A stretch of DNA of 64,000 nt from Cirrosporium novae-zelandiae (lineage: Eukaryota), in contig JAPETS010000018.1 in the NCBI GenBank assembly GCA_026023565.1, positions 124,001 to 188,000 of the forward strand, written 5' to 3'. Of this stretch, positions 13,650 through 27,670 are shown one piece after another; position 1 is the stretch's first letter; the number at the start of each line of letters is the position of its first letter. Below the pieces are notes generated by a model. The model did not search any database, had not been told where the DNA came from, and saw only the letters and a list, made by a program, of their open reading frames with translations. The translations under genes were made by a program, and so were the position numbers.

Positions 13650-15360
13650 TTATATGGCCCTTGTGTTCTAATAATCCTGTGTTTAATTCTTATTATCGGC
13701 GGTGGTATTCTCTTCGTTGAGGTTAAGAAGAAGGTAGTTGCCTTCGTTCAAAGTCCCTATCATTCAGATGGGGGACACTCAATGGTTCTCTCTTCTGTAT
13801 CTTGGGTATCTTTACTCTTTCACAGCACGGTCACATCATCTCTTTTTCTGATATTTCCATCTCTATTGGCTTGACAAGTTCAATAGGAGTCCACGACAAA
13901 CACTCAAATGATAATCAATCAAGAGAAATGATAAAATACAACTCCTTCATATGTCTGAAGGGCTTGATCCTCGAAGATATAAATTTCAGGTGACAATTCT
14001 GGAGAATCTTCTGTCCATTCACCTTTATTTTTCACGATCTTTATAAATTCGAGAGCTACATTGACTTGAGACTACCGCGTTCCAGAATGATGCCCCGTTA
14101 TAGGGAGTATGTCCATATGATGATGATGTCTCAAAGAGCCAAATTTATCTGGTTGAAACCTGTCATCTACATGGGAACCACTTACCCAGTACTAGCTTTG
14201 ATAATTTGTATTATTGGGGGATCAATCTAAAAATGACAACAGCTTATGGAAGGGGTTTTCTTTGCGATAAAGTCCATGACCACAATGTTGAGTTACGCAC
14301 TGCACCATGCTCTATATAATATGCAATATAGGTTACTCAGTAACCCAGTCACCCTTTGATAACTCAACACACAATAAACAGCGAATCCAAGGGTGATGAT
14401 AACAGTACGATCAACTCCGATATCAACGATCCTTTAGAACACCAATCTAATGCGGAAATGTTGTAGAAATAGCCAAAAGGGTCGATGGGTAAATGTAAAT
14501 GCCTATAAGTCACAACCAACTATTAGCTAATTTCATTATAGTCCAAAAAAATATATAAGTCTATCCGAGAAACACCTTGCCAAAACGATCTTACAGCAAA
14601 ATCCTTCCAAGTTGACTGCCTAAGTTCGAGCGCTGTAGAGTTGACAAGCCACGCTACTGATACAAAGCTCGTACGTTCAACCATTCGAGGTCGTTCCCTA
14701 TCGTTAATAGAAAATAATGAAAAGAACCGATGGAGAGAATGATAGAACAAGACCGGATATATGTGAATGGAATAACAACATAGGAGGCCTCAAAAGAGTT
14801 TACTATATGAGAAGCTGGAACGTGTATTTTGTCCAATTCCGGTAACACACATGTGGGTAAGATACCATTACAACTACTCCTAGCTATTGAAGAAAGTACA
14901 AGATATGATATTGTTTATAGCTTGGATTTCTCTTGCTGCGGAACTTGGTACAATGGACCATTTATTTCCAATTCCTCGTGGAATAGTTGACAAAGCCAAT
15001 GATAGGTACCGACCATCCACAATGTCAAACAGAACAGAAGCACAAATTATACTCTTTTATTGTTAGGCAATCATGAAGCTTGCTAAAAACCAATGTTCGG
15101 GATCGAAACATTTAAGCTCTACACATACATAGGCTTAAGGACATACACAGTCGAAGTCAAACACCGTTACCCATAGGCTGGAATGTTAACTAGATATCGC
15201 CGAATCGCATTGAGGAGGGGTATCTGCGCATACCCTTGAATAGGATAATCTAATGGATTTTTTACTAGGAATGTCCAAGTGGTGGTTATACCTATCCTAA
15301 AAAGCCAATGAAGTCCTTCCAAGGCCCAAGGAGTCGGATGTTTGGAACATTGCATAGCGC
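13650..15360 (-). pseudogene. Highly degenerate coding relic, possibly C-terminal half of a NACHT/ankyrin (NLR-like) gene
   Basis: Broken minus-strand frames give fragments STVYVLK, FDPEHWFLASFMI, FVNYSTRNWK, TWKDFAV, YYIEHGA, reminiscent of post-NACHT helical and ankyrin segments; many stops and frameshifts. Confidence 0.3.
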
Positions 15361-15790
15361 GAGAAAGGAAAGCATAGCATGCTATGCTTGACTTATGGGA
15401 TGTTCAGTTGATTAGTAGAAGCTCCTGTTCTTATTATTTCGTTTCAAGTTGGGGGCAAATTAGGGGGGGGAAAGGATTTGTGTACTTTCTCGATAGGGAG
15501 CTTACAACAACATAACGAACTAGATTCATAAATATCCTAAAGAAATAGATATATAAAACATGTATATTAATACTTACAACAGTGTGTTTTTGTCGTCCCT
15601 GAGCTTTTGCGCAGAGAGAGATATTTGTGCATTTTTCTCGTTGAATAACATCATAAAATCATAATACGACGGCTTTTCACTGCATCCTCACAAGCGGAGA
15701 TTCGTACGACGACAGATCGAGGCGTAATTCCAAGACTCGGTGCAACAAACATCAAAACCACCTAATTACTCCATATAAACCACCTATCTC

Positions 15791-16822
15791 CTACTTCTCC
15801 GTGACATGCACGACAATCTTCCCCTTCGCATGTCCCGCTCTCAGCTTCTCATACGCCCTTGGTACATCCTCAAACTCAAACACCTCATCAATAACAGCCT
15901 TTACCCTCCCCTCCGCCATCAACTTGCCAATCTCCCTAAGATCCTTCCGATTACTACTCACCCTCACAAAATGAAACGCTCTATTCCCGCCTCCCAGAAA
16001 AGCGGGCCTTAACGGCCTACTGAAAGCACTTCCCATGCCACTGAATGACAGGTGCACACCCACCTGCATGAACTTTCCACCTTTCTTGAGAAAGGCACCG
16101 CTACGCTCGTACAAGGAGGCGGGGCTGGCGGCATTATCGACCGCGAGGTCGAAAACCTGGCCCTTGTTTTTCAATTCTGAAAGGATATCGATTTTCTTGT
16201 AGTCGAGCACCTCGTCGGCGCCGAGGCTCCGGCACAGTTCGATGTTGCCGGTCGAGCACGTCACGGTGACCTCGGCTCCGAGGGCTTTCGCGAACTGGAT
16301 GCCAAATGTGCCTGTTCCGCCGCTACCGCCGTTTATGAAGACTTTGGAGCCGGGCTTGACAATGTTACGTGGGTAGGATTGATACGCCGTCAGCGCAGCT
16401 ATCCCAGCCGCCGCGGCGTGGTCAGGCTCAATGCCTTCGGGCAAGGGGGCGCATTCGTCGCTCGAAATGACGATGAATTGACCCAGTGATCCGAACTTGG
16501 CTGCTTTGTTAAGCGCTCCAAATACAAGCTGTCCTTCTTTAAGAGTGTCATTGGATGATGGGTGTGTCCCTACAACACGTCCACAGAAATCGAGGCCCGG
16601 GATCGCAGGCAGGGTAATCATAAGCTTCCTCAGAAAGGCCAGCTCCGGAATTTTGTAATCAACGGGGTTGATGGCGGCGGTGATAACTTTGATAAGAACC
16701 TGCCCGCGACAGAGGGAGGATAGAGCGGGTGGGGTTACAGATGTGGTGAGGTTGATGGACTTTTCAAGCTGGCCGCCGCTGATAGCCGTGTACTGCCAGG
16801 CTTTCATTGTTGAAGAAGCCAT
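15791..16822 (-). CDS. Zinc-independent MDR / NADPH quinone oxidoreductase (RTN4IP1/Yim1-like)
   Basis: Intronless 343 aa; AAINPVDYK, PGLDFCGRVV, INGGSGGTG, GHAKGKIVV. Confidence 0.92.
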   Translation of the reverse strand: MASSTMKAWQYTAISGGQLEKSINLTTSVTPPALSSLCRGQVLIKVITAAINPVDYKIPELAFLRKLMITLPAIPGLDFCGRVVGTHPSSNDTLKEGQLVFGALNKAAKFGSLGQFIVISSDECAPLPEGIEPDHAAAAGIAALTAYQSYPRNIVKPGSKVFINGGSGGTGTFGIQFAKALGAEVTVTCSTGNIELCRSLGADEVLDYKKIDILSELKNKGQVFDLAVDNAASPASLYERSGAFLKKGGKFMQVGVHLSFSGMGSAFSRPLRPAFLGGGNRAFHFVRVSSNRKDLREIGKLMAEGRVKAVIDEVFEFEDVPRAYEKLRAGHAKGKIVVHVTEK

Positions 16823-17453
16823 GATGGATATAGATAAGTTTATCGTGATACTGATAAGTTACAGTTACAATCAATCATCACAGCAACAACAAGAAGCTCT
16901 TAAGGAACGCTCCATGTCGTATGATCTTTATAGCATGGCATGGGCCTTGGCTAATAGATAGTGGAACGATACCGAGTACGAACACGAGCAATGCCTCCTC
17001 CTTCATGAACAGGGGGGGCCAGGTTATTTTTAAAATGCTCAGCAAGTTCATAACGGAAGGATTAGATATAAACATTTCCGTGCCAAGGCTATGTGGTATA
17101 GATAGCATATTTTTTATAGATTTAATTCTAACATCTTACTCTGGATAAAACTTTAGATATTGATATTCGGATATGACGATAACAATTTTAAGCTACGATC
17201 GGAAAAAAAAAGGGGGGGGGCAAGCCCCACCAAAGCCGGCTATCTAATTATCTAATTATGGGCTCCGCTTTCCAATTACTGTAGCACTATAAAAATTCGG
17301 GATATTAGTGCTTTCACAATAGATATAGCCCCGGGAACATCATGTTTATTAGCTTCGTTATTTCGAGGTATTAATGGGGGCTAAGATTCTACTCGTGTAA
17401 GAGTTTGTTCGATGTACAGTACTAATATACAATAGTATTACCAGAGAAACAAA

Positions 17454-18737
17454 TCATGACACTTCAAGCATCGCAAGTATTGCTTGCGCAATGCTTGCAT
17501 GACCCTTCATTAAGCCATCAATTGATTCCCCCCCCTGGCTTGCGGCAAGAAACTTTCTACGATCCATGACAGCAATCTTGGACTGCCACGCATGAGTCTC
17601 TCCCTGTGTGAGTTCAAATGTCACATTAGCTCCGCCTTGTTCGACATGCTTAACAAAGGCTTTAATGTCTTCGACAAAGAGCTCATCACCACCAGCAGAC
17701 ACCCACGTCTTTGCTGGTAGAATTGTCTGCCACAATCCTCGCTCTGGGACGTCCTGTCCGAAGTTCTCATATAGCGCTTGAATTCTCGGTGGGGTCGTCT
17801 GCAAAAGCAGTTTGCTGTAGGCGTCCAGCGTAGTTTTACCCATAAAATCTCTTGTCTCGAGGTCCCTCGCTCGTGGATGGCGAGTAAGTAGATCGATCCA
17901 CGGGCTTACAAGGACTGCGATCGCAGGTTTGGGCAAGGATATCGATGATTTCGACGGCAGAGCTGCTGGGTCGCCAACCGACCGTAGTTGCAGGTCAGTT
18001 AAGAAGGATAATGCGAGATGAGCTCCCGCTGATTCCCCCATGATTGCTATCTTGGATGAATCGACTCCGAGGCTGTTTATTAAATACTCATAGGCTGCTG
18101 TCGTCTCCTCCACTTGTTTCGGAAACCCTGCTCGTGGAGCAAGCGTATAGTCGAGCGAGAAAATACTCATGGTGATTTTTATCTTGGCTAGAGTTTCAGA
18201 GATGAAAAGTAAATCTGAAATGTTGTCTGAAGGGTGACCGGCCACATAGCCGCCTCCGTGAAGAAAGAGAATGACTAGATCTGACGTCTCAGGGCCAGTA
18301 TGGTCAGAAGACAGGCCCCGACATATCCAATAGCCAGCAAAGTCCGCCGTTCTGACAGGTTGATATATCTGGTCCTTGAGGTGCTTATACCGTGTCGACG
18401 ATAAAGTTTGGGTACCTTTCCGATCAGCAAAGTTGTTAAACAACGAGAGCGGCAAGCGATGTGTTGCACTAGGAGGGAGAAATTAACAGACTGTGCAAAC
18501 GTCTAAGTTGGGATGATAGCAGAACGAGCATTAAAAGTACCTTCTGAACAAAGATCGAGTCAAATCTTGTGTTAGTGATAGCCGACCAGCACTCGAGGGA
18601 GGCCATAGGTGTTGCACAGTTTTCGATAAAATGATCCATGGTACATCTATACAGATGAATTTCGTGGTATGTAGCACTTCGACAAATGTGATGTTGGTCA
18701 CAGGGTTTGGATCATCGAAAGACGTGTTGTTTTCCAT
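17454..18737 (-). CDS. Alpha/beta hydrolase, HSL family (Say1-like esterase/deacetylase)
   Basis: HGGGY oxyanion motif, GESAG nucleophile, SPW, GGDE, ETHAW; intron 18540-18469 joins ORF 18531..18737 in frame. Confidence 0.9.
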
Positions 18738-19989
18738 TTTCTTTCAGAATATCTCAGGTCTAGCTCCTGAAATTGTAGCAAACGAAGGCAGTTAAAGACA
18801 AGTTCCAAGTTATTTTTATGTGTTCGAGAATGATAGCCTAGCTGTCATTGGCATTCGGTCACCCCTCGTTCACGTTCCTATAAAATAGTATTAGAAGCAA
18901 GTATACCTAAAGTATGAAGGGAGCTAGCTTGCCAGAAGAAAACAATATGTTGATGATATTAGAGATCATTTGTGTCCAATACAACCCGAGCGTCCATAGC
19001 TTAGCTCGCCGCTAGAGCCCTGGGGAATAGTAATAAAAACAATTAGCATTATTTAGTGAATAGTGTCAAGATAATGAGAAAGAAAAATTAACACTACCCT
19101 GGAAGTGAAGGGTCAACATTAGTGAATACCCGACACTCACGGCCACCTTATTAGGTCGACTATCACCAGACCAAGAGAGAGAGAAAACACACAGCAATCC
19201 AAAGATGGTTATATATAGAAACGTTTCCAGTACAATAAAGAACTCCAGACTCAAAAACAGAATGGAGAAAATGCTATGACACGATGCCCAGAGCTTCGAG
19301 CCAAAGAAGAGGAACCTGCAGATTGGCTCCCTATCCGAGGGAATCTAGTCCTGACTGGCTACGGATCTCGAGTTATGAAATCCAAAAAACCCGGTCATAA
19401 GAAGAATAAATCAATTCAAGGAAGAACGGAGCGGAGTAACTGGATTGATATCGGAGGAGGCCAAACTTACTACTGTGACTTGCTAATTAATTATAGGAAA
19501 CGAAGTTTCCTCAAATAAAATCAAGCTCGAAATCCTTGGTTGCCGAACCAACAAACGCTCATCACAATTATCACACATCATTTCACACATTATATCACAC
19601 ATCATAGCTTTACGGATTTGAGGCTTCGGAGAAATTGTTTAAAAAATCCACAGCTCCGAGACCTGTCATTTCCATTCCCACGCAATTAAATAACAAATAA
19701 TAATTTAGCTTACAGACGCCTTTCTACATCTTTATGGGGTTGTCGAAAACTGATTAAAATAATCGTTGATAACATATAGCATACGCTATTATCTGATCCT
19801 CTTTCCTTACGGTTAATTTTCTCCCCTCTCTATTTCCTTTGGAATGAACGCTCTATCCACTATATGTTTAATATTATTACCTTCCCTATATATATTTAAT
19901 GGCCCTCCCATCCCCCAATATTTTACTCTTTAGTTTTCAAACAAGAAATTCTTTCCCGATTTTTTTTTTTGAAATTCTTTTCTTCAAAT

Positions 19990-21716
19990 TCCTTTTTTCA
20001 AACCTTCTTTTTCTCAAATTTCAATCAAAATGCCTGAACAATTCCTGTCGTGGTGACCTTGGTCGGTTTAGACCATGCGGTCTCATGGGGCCTTATGGTC
20101 ACGATGATTACTCATATAGCAGATTGGTGTTGGCGAAAGTACAAGGGGACGAAAATTTATCTCCACAGGAACAGGAAAAAAGAGCGGAAAAGAGGCCCAA
20201 GTATCTTCGTCCATCTGCTCAAATGCTCTTGCTTGCACTCCGTGAATTCCAGCCTCATGAGCTTGCGCTCTCTTACATAAGAAATCTACCTCTGTTTCGA
20301 GTCTTTAGGTCTCTCGGCGTAGACTTATGATTGTCTCTGTTGCTCGACTAACACTTGGGTCGCTATGAGATAATATTGGACTAGTATCATGTGTCATACA
20401 ATATGCAAGTAAGGGTCAACATTTACTTCCTCTTTAATGTTGAGAACAAGGGCACGACCCGATCGAAGTGAGTCGGGAGCAGCAGACGTGAACCACTCAA
20501 GGGAGTAACATAGGACCCGGAGTTAAAGATACTACAATATAATTTTACCTACTGTGGGAAAATATGTCTCGATCGAAAAATATATAAGCATAGAATAAAG
20601 AATTAGCCACACGTTTACGGTTAACGGATAAGATCATGAAATATAGGTATCCCTTAACTGATGCTCAAGCACGCCAAAGTCAGACCAGGTTATTTCCCTG
20701 AACCTTTTGGCTATATACAACGAGAACTTGTTATCAAAAATATATTAAACGGACATGCGCGTTAGACATGTATACGAGTCTCAAGACAGTGAGGAAATTA
20801 TAAAACACCTCGTTTAGAGAGATATATGACCTCAATAAGAGAGGGGATGCTATTTCCGGTGTTCATTTGGGAACATTATATTACTTACTCGTGCAGGTTT
20901 TCAGCCCATATAAATATCGAGTGTATAAGAGGAAGTGAACCAAGAACCTTTTCCTTTGACTAAGCTGGGGCTGGACAGCCATCACGCGTCACTAAGCCGT
21001 TTTCCAAAGCTTCCCCGGACTATGCTATTCCCATCGTCTACAGACTGGACTTAACAACATCAAGATTAAAGGCGGAGTTGGCAGGGCCTCGAAAGCGGGG
21101 AGGATTGGTCCTAGTACGTTGAGGAGATGGGAGACCTCGTATTACAGTCGAAGACCAGGACAATGTAGCCACACTAGGTTCTTTCGTGGATCTAACAGGT
21201 CGGCGGAAAGACTTGTGGAAGCAAATCACACTTGCCTAGGATTCTACAATCATCCATCTCATCAGATCCTCGTTTGGATTGAAACGTGTTCCTCCAGAGA
21301 GCAGATTCAACACTGACATGAGGCCAATTCCAACACTGGCCGCAATGGAGGAGAGAATCCGAGAGACGAATGAACAGATGGCCATCTCTATAAACTGCAG
21401 AGAGCTTCTGACCAGCAATCTTCGAGTTATACATAGCAAACCCGTGGTCAGAGCTCCTATTTACAGAGACGACAATCGGGGAATCACGAACCTAGACCAT
21501 TGGAACATGAATACGAAAAGAAACGTTATGGTACATCATAATATTGACAATTACCATGTTGTGGAACCTTTAGTTGCTCCGGCACAAATGATAGCGATAA
21601 TTCAAAATAATGACGACAATAGCTATCTTTTATGGCCAAAGAAAGAAGTTAAGCAGAACTACGTAATAGTCCCACATACAACTCAAATATATTTCAAAAA
21701 AAAAAACTTTAACTAA
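19990..21716 (+). pseudogene. Decayed (RIP-like) orphan coding relic of unknown origin
   Basis: ORFs 19899..20330 and 21279..21716 share a frame. From ~20810 to 21716 that frame is interrupted by only three stops (TAA, TGA, TAG), each revertible by one C>T change. Flanks are AT-rich. Confidence 0.45.
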
Positions 21717-23457
21717 GAGCTCTTGAAGGACTTTAGTGCATATATATGTAAACAAACAAACAGAAGAGAGCGCTTTAGCAAAGCTTAAGGGCAAAGACAC
21801 GCACTTCCGCGTCAGGAAAGAGAAAACCACTCCGATTCATCGTCACCGAACAGAATAGAAGTGTTGACAAAAAAAAAAAAAACAGGGGAAGCCGGATAAC
21901 AGAAGAAAGGATAACTAACTTCGAGAACATGTGTAACAAACATAGAGGAAAGAAGCAATCCTTCCTCGCTAACAAATATTGATGGTCCAAATAGTTGAAA
22001 AGCCCAATCCAAAGAACGACGAGCTTGTTCGTGTGTGTACAGTACATATATTCAATACCTTCTAGTACACACACAACAATATTATAAACAATCAATGCTC
22101 ACAGGAGGGCTTTGCATATTCATTAATTAGCACTGAAGCTTAGCTCAGTTTTGTTTAGGCCTGAAAGACTACTTAATTACTATACCTATACAATACATAA
22201 TAGCATGAAAATAACTCTCCCTAAGGGGGTTTGTTGCTACGAAGGAAGGGTCAAAGGGGGTAATCGAACCAAAGGCGGTAACTACGAAGGTGTAAAACAT
22301 AGCATAAATATGCCCCTAGAGGGGCGAACAAGTAATCCAGCAATCAAGTTTTGACCCAGAGAATTGTACAGTACCAATGGTAGCATGACCAAAAACGAAG
22401 CCACCAAGGTATAAGAAAATGGTTACCATTTTATTTACCTTATATCTATTATTATTGCTCTATTGGCTCAACCTATTAAACTGGCATCAGCGGCAGGATT
22501 ATTTTTCAAAAATCCTTCCCTTCTAAGAAGAATATTTTAGTTCAACTTGCATATTTAGGTAGATAGACACTATTTACACATACATATATAATCATCTTCA
22601 CTCATCATAAAACATCATTCTATTCCAGTTTGTTCTCTTCCAATTAATATGATCGGGTTTTCGGAGTACAAATATAGGAGATCGATATGCAGACTAAGTA
22701 TTGTTTATTCCAAATTTAAAAAAAAGTCGTTTTATTTTTGTGTAGATATAGGCTTGAAAAGAAGAGAAGGAAAAGGGCTTTGGTAATTAGCTCTTTAAAG
22801 GGCAAGGAATAGGCTGCTGTTTGTGCTGTCTCTGGCTGTGTATGGGCTTGTGGCTGTCTACTCTTTAGATATGATTTTGACATCAGTTATCTAAGGTATC
22901 AACTCAACTTTGCACATTACCGTATCATATAGTCTAATTAATTACCATACATACATAATTCCTTCAATAATATTTCCTGGCGTCAGCGGCAGGCTAGTCT
23001 GTCTTGTTTTGTTTCCTTGTCATTACAAACAATAAACCATCACCATTATAAATTTTCTTCGTTCTTTGATACCTTACCTTACATACTTACATATTTACAT
23101 CCATACCGGGTAGATTTCCATCCCAACCTTATATACATACATTACACGAAATAGGTACTTCCACCACCATACTTACTTACATATTCCTTGATTTATGTTG
23201 GGGAAGATTGATAGGTCAATTCTAGTAGCGGGTTGAAGTAGTTAAAGAGTTTTTGGAATGGAATGGGAGATGTTCATTGACGGAAAAATAATACTGTAAT
23301 GCTATGTGTTACGGAAAAAGGAACATCATGTATCAAAAAGGGAACCAACTTTCCATAGCCATAAAACGTAGCAGTTCTGCATCGAATATTCTTCTTTCCC
23401 TCCCCCTTGTTTCTGATGGAGCTATTGTATTTAGACTAAAAGACCAGATATCGATTC

Positions 23458-23481
23458 TCTACCTACCTACCTACCTACCTA
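23458..23481. repeat. (CTAC)n microsatellite
   Basis: ctctacctacctacctacctacctag. Confidence 0.8.
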
Positions 23482-24685
23482 GTTAATTACTTCCCCTCTT
23501 CTCTCTTTCTTCCTTTCAAGGTTACGAAACACACATCCACAGTGTACCTGAAAATAGAAAGAACCACAATAAAAACCACCAACCCACGTACACACATACT
23601 CAGTATATATTAATACCCACCAGATTTAAACTCATACATACAAAACAAACGTACGTGCAAAAAAGCCAAGTATATCAAATGACGTCAGCACATGCTTGCT
23701 TCCAATATTCCCAACTCCACTTGAAGTACGTAGAGGTGGCTACTTTATAAATAGAAAAAAAAATTGTTAACTGTACACGTACAACATACCACGTATATAA
23801 TTACACGTCAATCACATCACCCTGAAACAGCAGACATAACATAACGGACTTAGTACAGACACGTCTACTTATTGATTTTATGGTTTTATAATATATCATA
23901 ATATAAAGGACCACAAAATAGGTGGTTAGTTACCTAGTTCTCTATAAAACGCGAAAGGAGATTTGTATGATTGGGAGTAATTTACTTTGGATCCTTCTAT
24001 GTCATGTCTAGTAGATGACACCGGGTCTGGATCGAACCTCAGTCTTCTAGTCTAGTGGTGTTTATTCATCTTGTGAATGTGAATGAGAAAGATAGAGACC
24101 TCTCCATAACGACAAAATGGGCACACTCGACACAAAGAAAGTATAAAGAGAATAAAATCTAGAGACAAAAAAAAAACACTCGAGAATGGGGGAAAACCAA
24201 AACACATCAGTTCGTTTGACGGGGCATGACACATCAAAGGTCAGATCTGGGAGTTACTGCTTTGGGATTTGTGATTTGTGGTTTGAATTCAGCTCGAGGC
24301 TAGTCACAGAAAGTAAGGTAGTATTGTAGTCACGGAATAAAAGGTGCTACAAAACAACCGACCGGCCGACCGCTCTTTATCAGATGCATAGTAGAAAAGA
24401 TGAATAAAGGACAACGCTACCTGGGATAGATCCGTGGGTGAGGGTGTGCTCGGGAGATCAAAGATGTTGGGGGTGTAGAAGCAGGTGCTAAGAAGGCTAG
24501 GTAGCTGGACAACCGAGAGCAACCCTTAAGAAAAGGAATATTAAGAGGATTAACAGAGGATGCCTCGACCTTTGCAAGTCAATGGAATCCCGCAAGAAAC
24601 CCTTTTCTCTATCTTCTTTTCAATGCGACCCACCGATCCAAGCCATCTCCATCCTAGTAACTGGAATTTATGACGAAATTACCCT

Positions 24686-25712
<1,027 letters not shown>

Positions 25713-26810
25713 ATTGACGGATGAATCTCTGTTGTGAATAGTTAGCAGTATTCAATATGGACTCTAACAAGTAATAGACAGTGGCTGAATAATAGCGGTA
25801 AGAACGAAATTTCAATCTTCTTTTCTTGACGTGTTTGTTGGCTCGGAAATTCTTAGATTCAATGTGTCTCTGGCATGGGATGAACCTTAAGGAGAGAGAA
25901 GTCTTATGTTGACAAAGCGTTTATAAGTCAGACTCAACCTCAGCATGCCCTGGCTTGTGAGAGGGGTATCCCTGGAAAAGGAGAAGGGGGAGATCATTGG
26001 CAACTAGATCGAAGGTGTAGACCATTCGGTTTCCCGGTCAGAGACTCGGTTGAGCCAGCCATGACTCGTGTGTCGTCGGCAATCTTGTGTTGGGCTCCAA
26101 AGGCCAGTAGGGCCAACAGGGCCGGTAAAGGAAATCAAGGGAAGAATATCCTTACCAGTGCGACTAGTGTGATCTTATTGAGTTGAACTGAAAAGGAAGG
26201 GTCAGAAAAGCTGAGCAAGATGAGTGAGAGTAACGAGATGGCCTCACGGGTGTAATGGTTTGTTTTCGTTGGTGTTGATGCGTGGAAGAAGCAGGGAGTT
26301 CTCGACGATGAAGTCTGGCCTGCAGGTTGAGGTGGGCGGGTTTTGGAAGTTCGTTTAATTAGCCATTTGGGGACTAGACGGCAATTTCCGCATCAACAAT
26401 TGAGTCCGAAAGAGATCCATGGGAGCCTCATTATTTCTTACTCTACTTTTACTACATGGTACACTCTAACTACATTTAGTTGCTGTCCAATCCTACATGG
26501 GGGATCAGCGGAGAAGGACAACAGAAGGACAACAGAAAGAACAGACGTGCCGTAACAACTAAATTTCGCTTAATTCATTTGATGCTTATATAGAAGAAGA
26601 AAAAGGAAAGAAACAATAAATATGTAAGAATATCCTTCTTGTAATTAAGAGAGTTCTACTGGTCTCTCCACCATGGCGTGTTCAAGAAGAACCAAAAAAG
26701 AACCAGGAAAAAGTTACAAATAGATGTAAAATAATTAATTGCAGCTTGTGAAAATCTCCATAAGAACGGTAAAATATTTTAGAATTTCAGGGAAGGCTTT
26801 CCGCGGATCC

Positions 26811-26868
26811 TTTGATTGCTTGACTGTTTGACGGTTTGACTGTTGACTGCCTGGATGCCTGACTGCTT
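26811..26868. repeat. Degenerate 8-bp tandem repeat (TTTGACTG) in the 14-3-3/INH1 divergent promoter
   Basis: tttgattg cttgactg tttgacgg tttgactg ttgactg cctggatg cctgactg. Confidence 0.7.
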
Positions 26869-27135
26869 CTGTCTGGCAAAATTGCAAGAATTAGACACCT
26901 GATCATTGGACACCTGATACCTAAACATTTACCCAGGTAGACACCTTATTACGCAAATCGCTTAAAAGTCTTGTTACTATGAAAGTATCACAATACCCGT
27001 ACCGTATCCCGCCGAGCCGAGGAGCTACCATCTCTCTCCTGTGGTAAAGCTCCAATCATCGTTCTGTACTCTAAACATCACTGCTAACCATTCTCCTCTC
27101 CCCTCCAATATCGAACATATATCGTCCTCATAAAC

Positions 27136-27670
27136 ATGCTCCGCTCAGTCTTTTCAGGGTCTATCAGACCTGCCACTGCTCAGAGAACATCTCTTAGTCG
27201 GGCCTTTTTCACCACTTCTGCTCGCACTATGGCCGAAGGCGACACTGGCGCTCCTCGGCCTGGAGGACAAGCAGCGGGGTTCGTCCCCGCCAGCTTCCGA
27301 TAATTAATCTATTATACCTACCTGCAATTGCTCAATCGCTGATACAACCATCTTTTAAATAGTGATGCCTTTACGAAACGTGAACAGGCCGATGAGCTGC
27401 ATTATGTCAAAGAACGTGAAAAGGAAAAGTGAGCGCATCCAACTGCCTTGTCTATTTTAACCTTTGCTTGGCCTATGTATATTGATTGCTCCATTATTTA
27501 CTTAGGCTCAAGGCATTGAGGGCAAAATTGGCAGAACAAAAGAAACATCTTGAAGAACTCGACAAGCATCTGTATGCTCTAGCCACTACCCTCCGTCACA
27601 CCACACAACTTTCTAACATTTATCTTCTAGTGAGGAATATGCCAAAGAACAGGGCGGTGAACACAATTAA
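27136..27670 (+). CDS. INH1: Mitochondrial F1Fo-ATPase inhibitor (IF1/Inh1/Stf1 family)
   Basis: Mitochondrial presequence MLRSVFSG..RTM, AEGDTGAPR, DAFTKREQADELHYVKEREKEK, coiled coil LKALRAKLAEQKKHLEEL; 4 exons; TAA at 27670. Confidence 0.93.

Noticed and set aside
20880..20930. RFSAHINIEC resembling the Helitron Rep motif HINVE
   Set aside because: The flanking VVPYN and KYLFKY motifs and any helicase are absent.
24028..24042. B-box-like GGTTCGATCC on the minus strand
   Set aside because: No T-stem pairing or cloverleaf, so not a tRNA; at most an isolated TFIIIC site.
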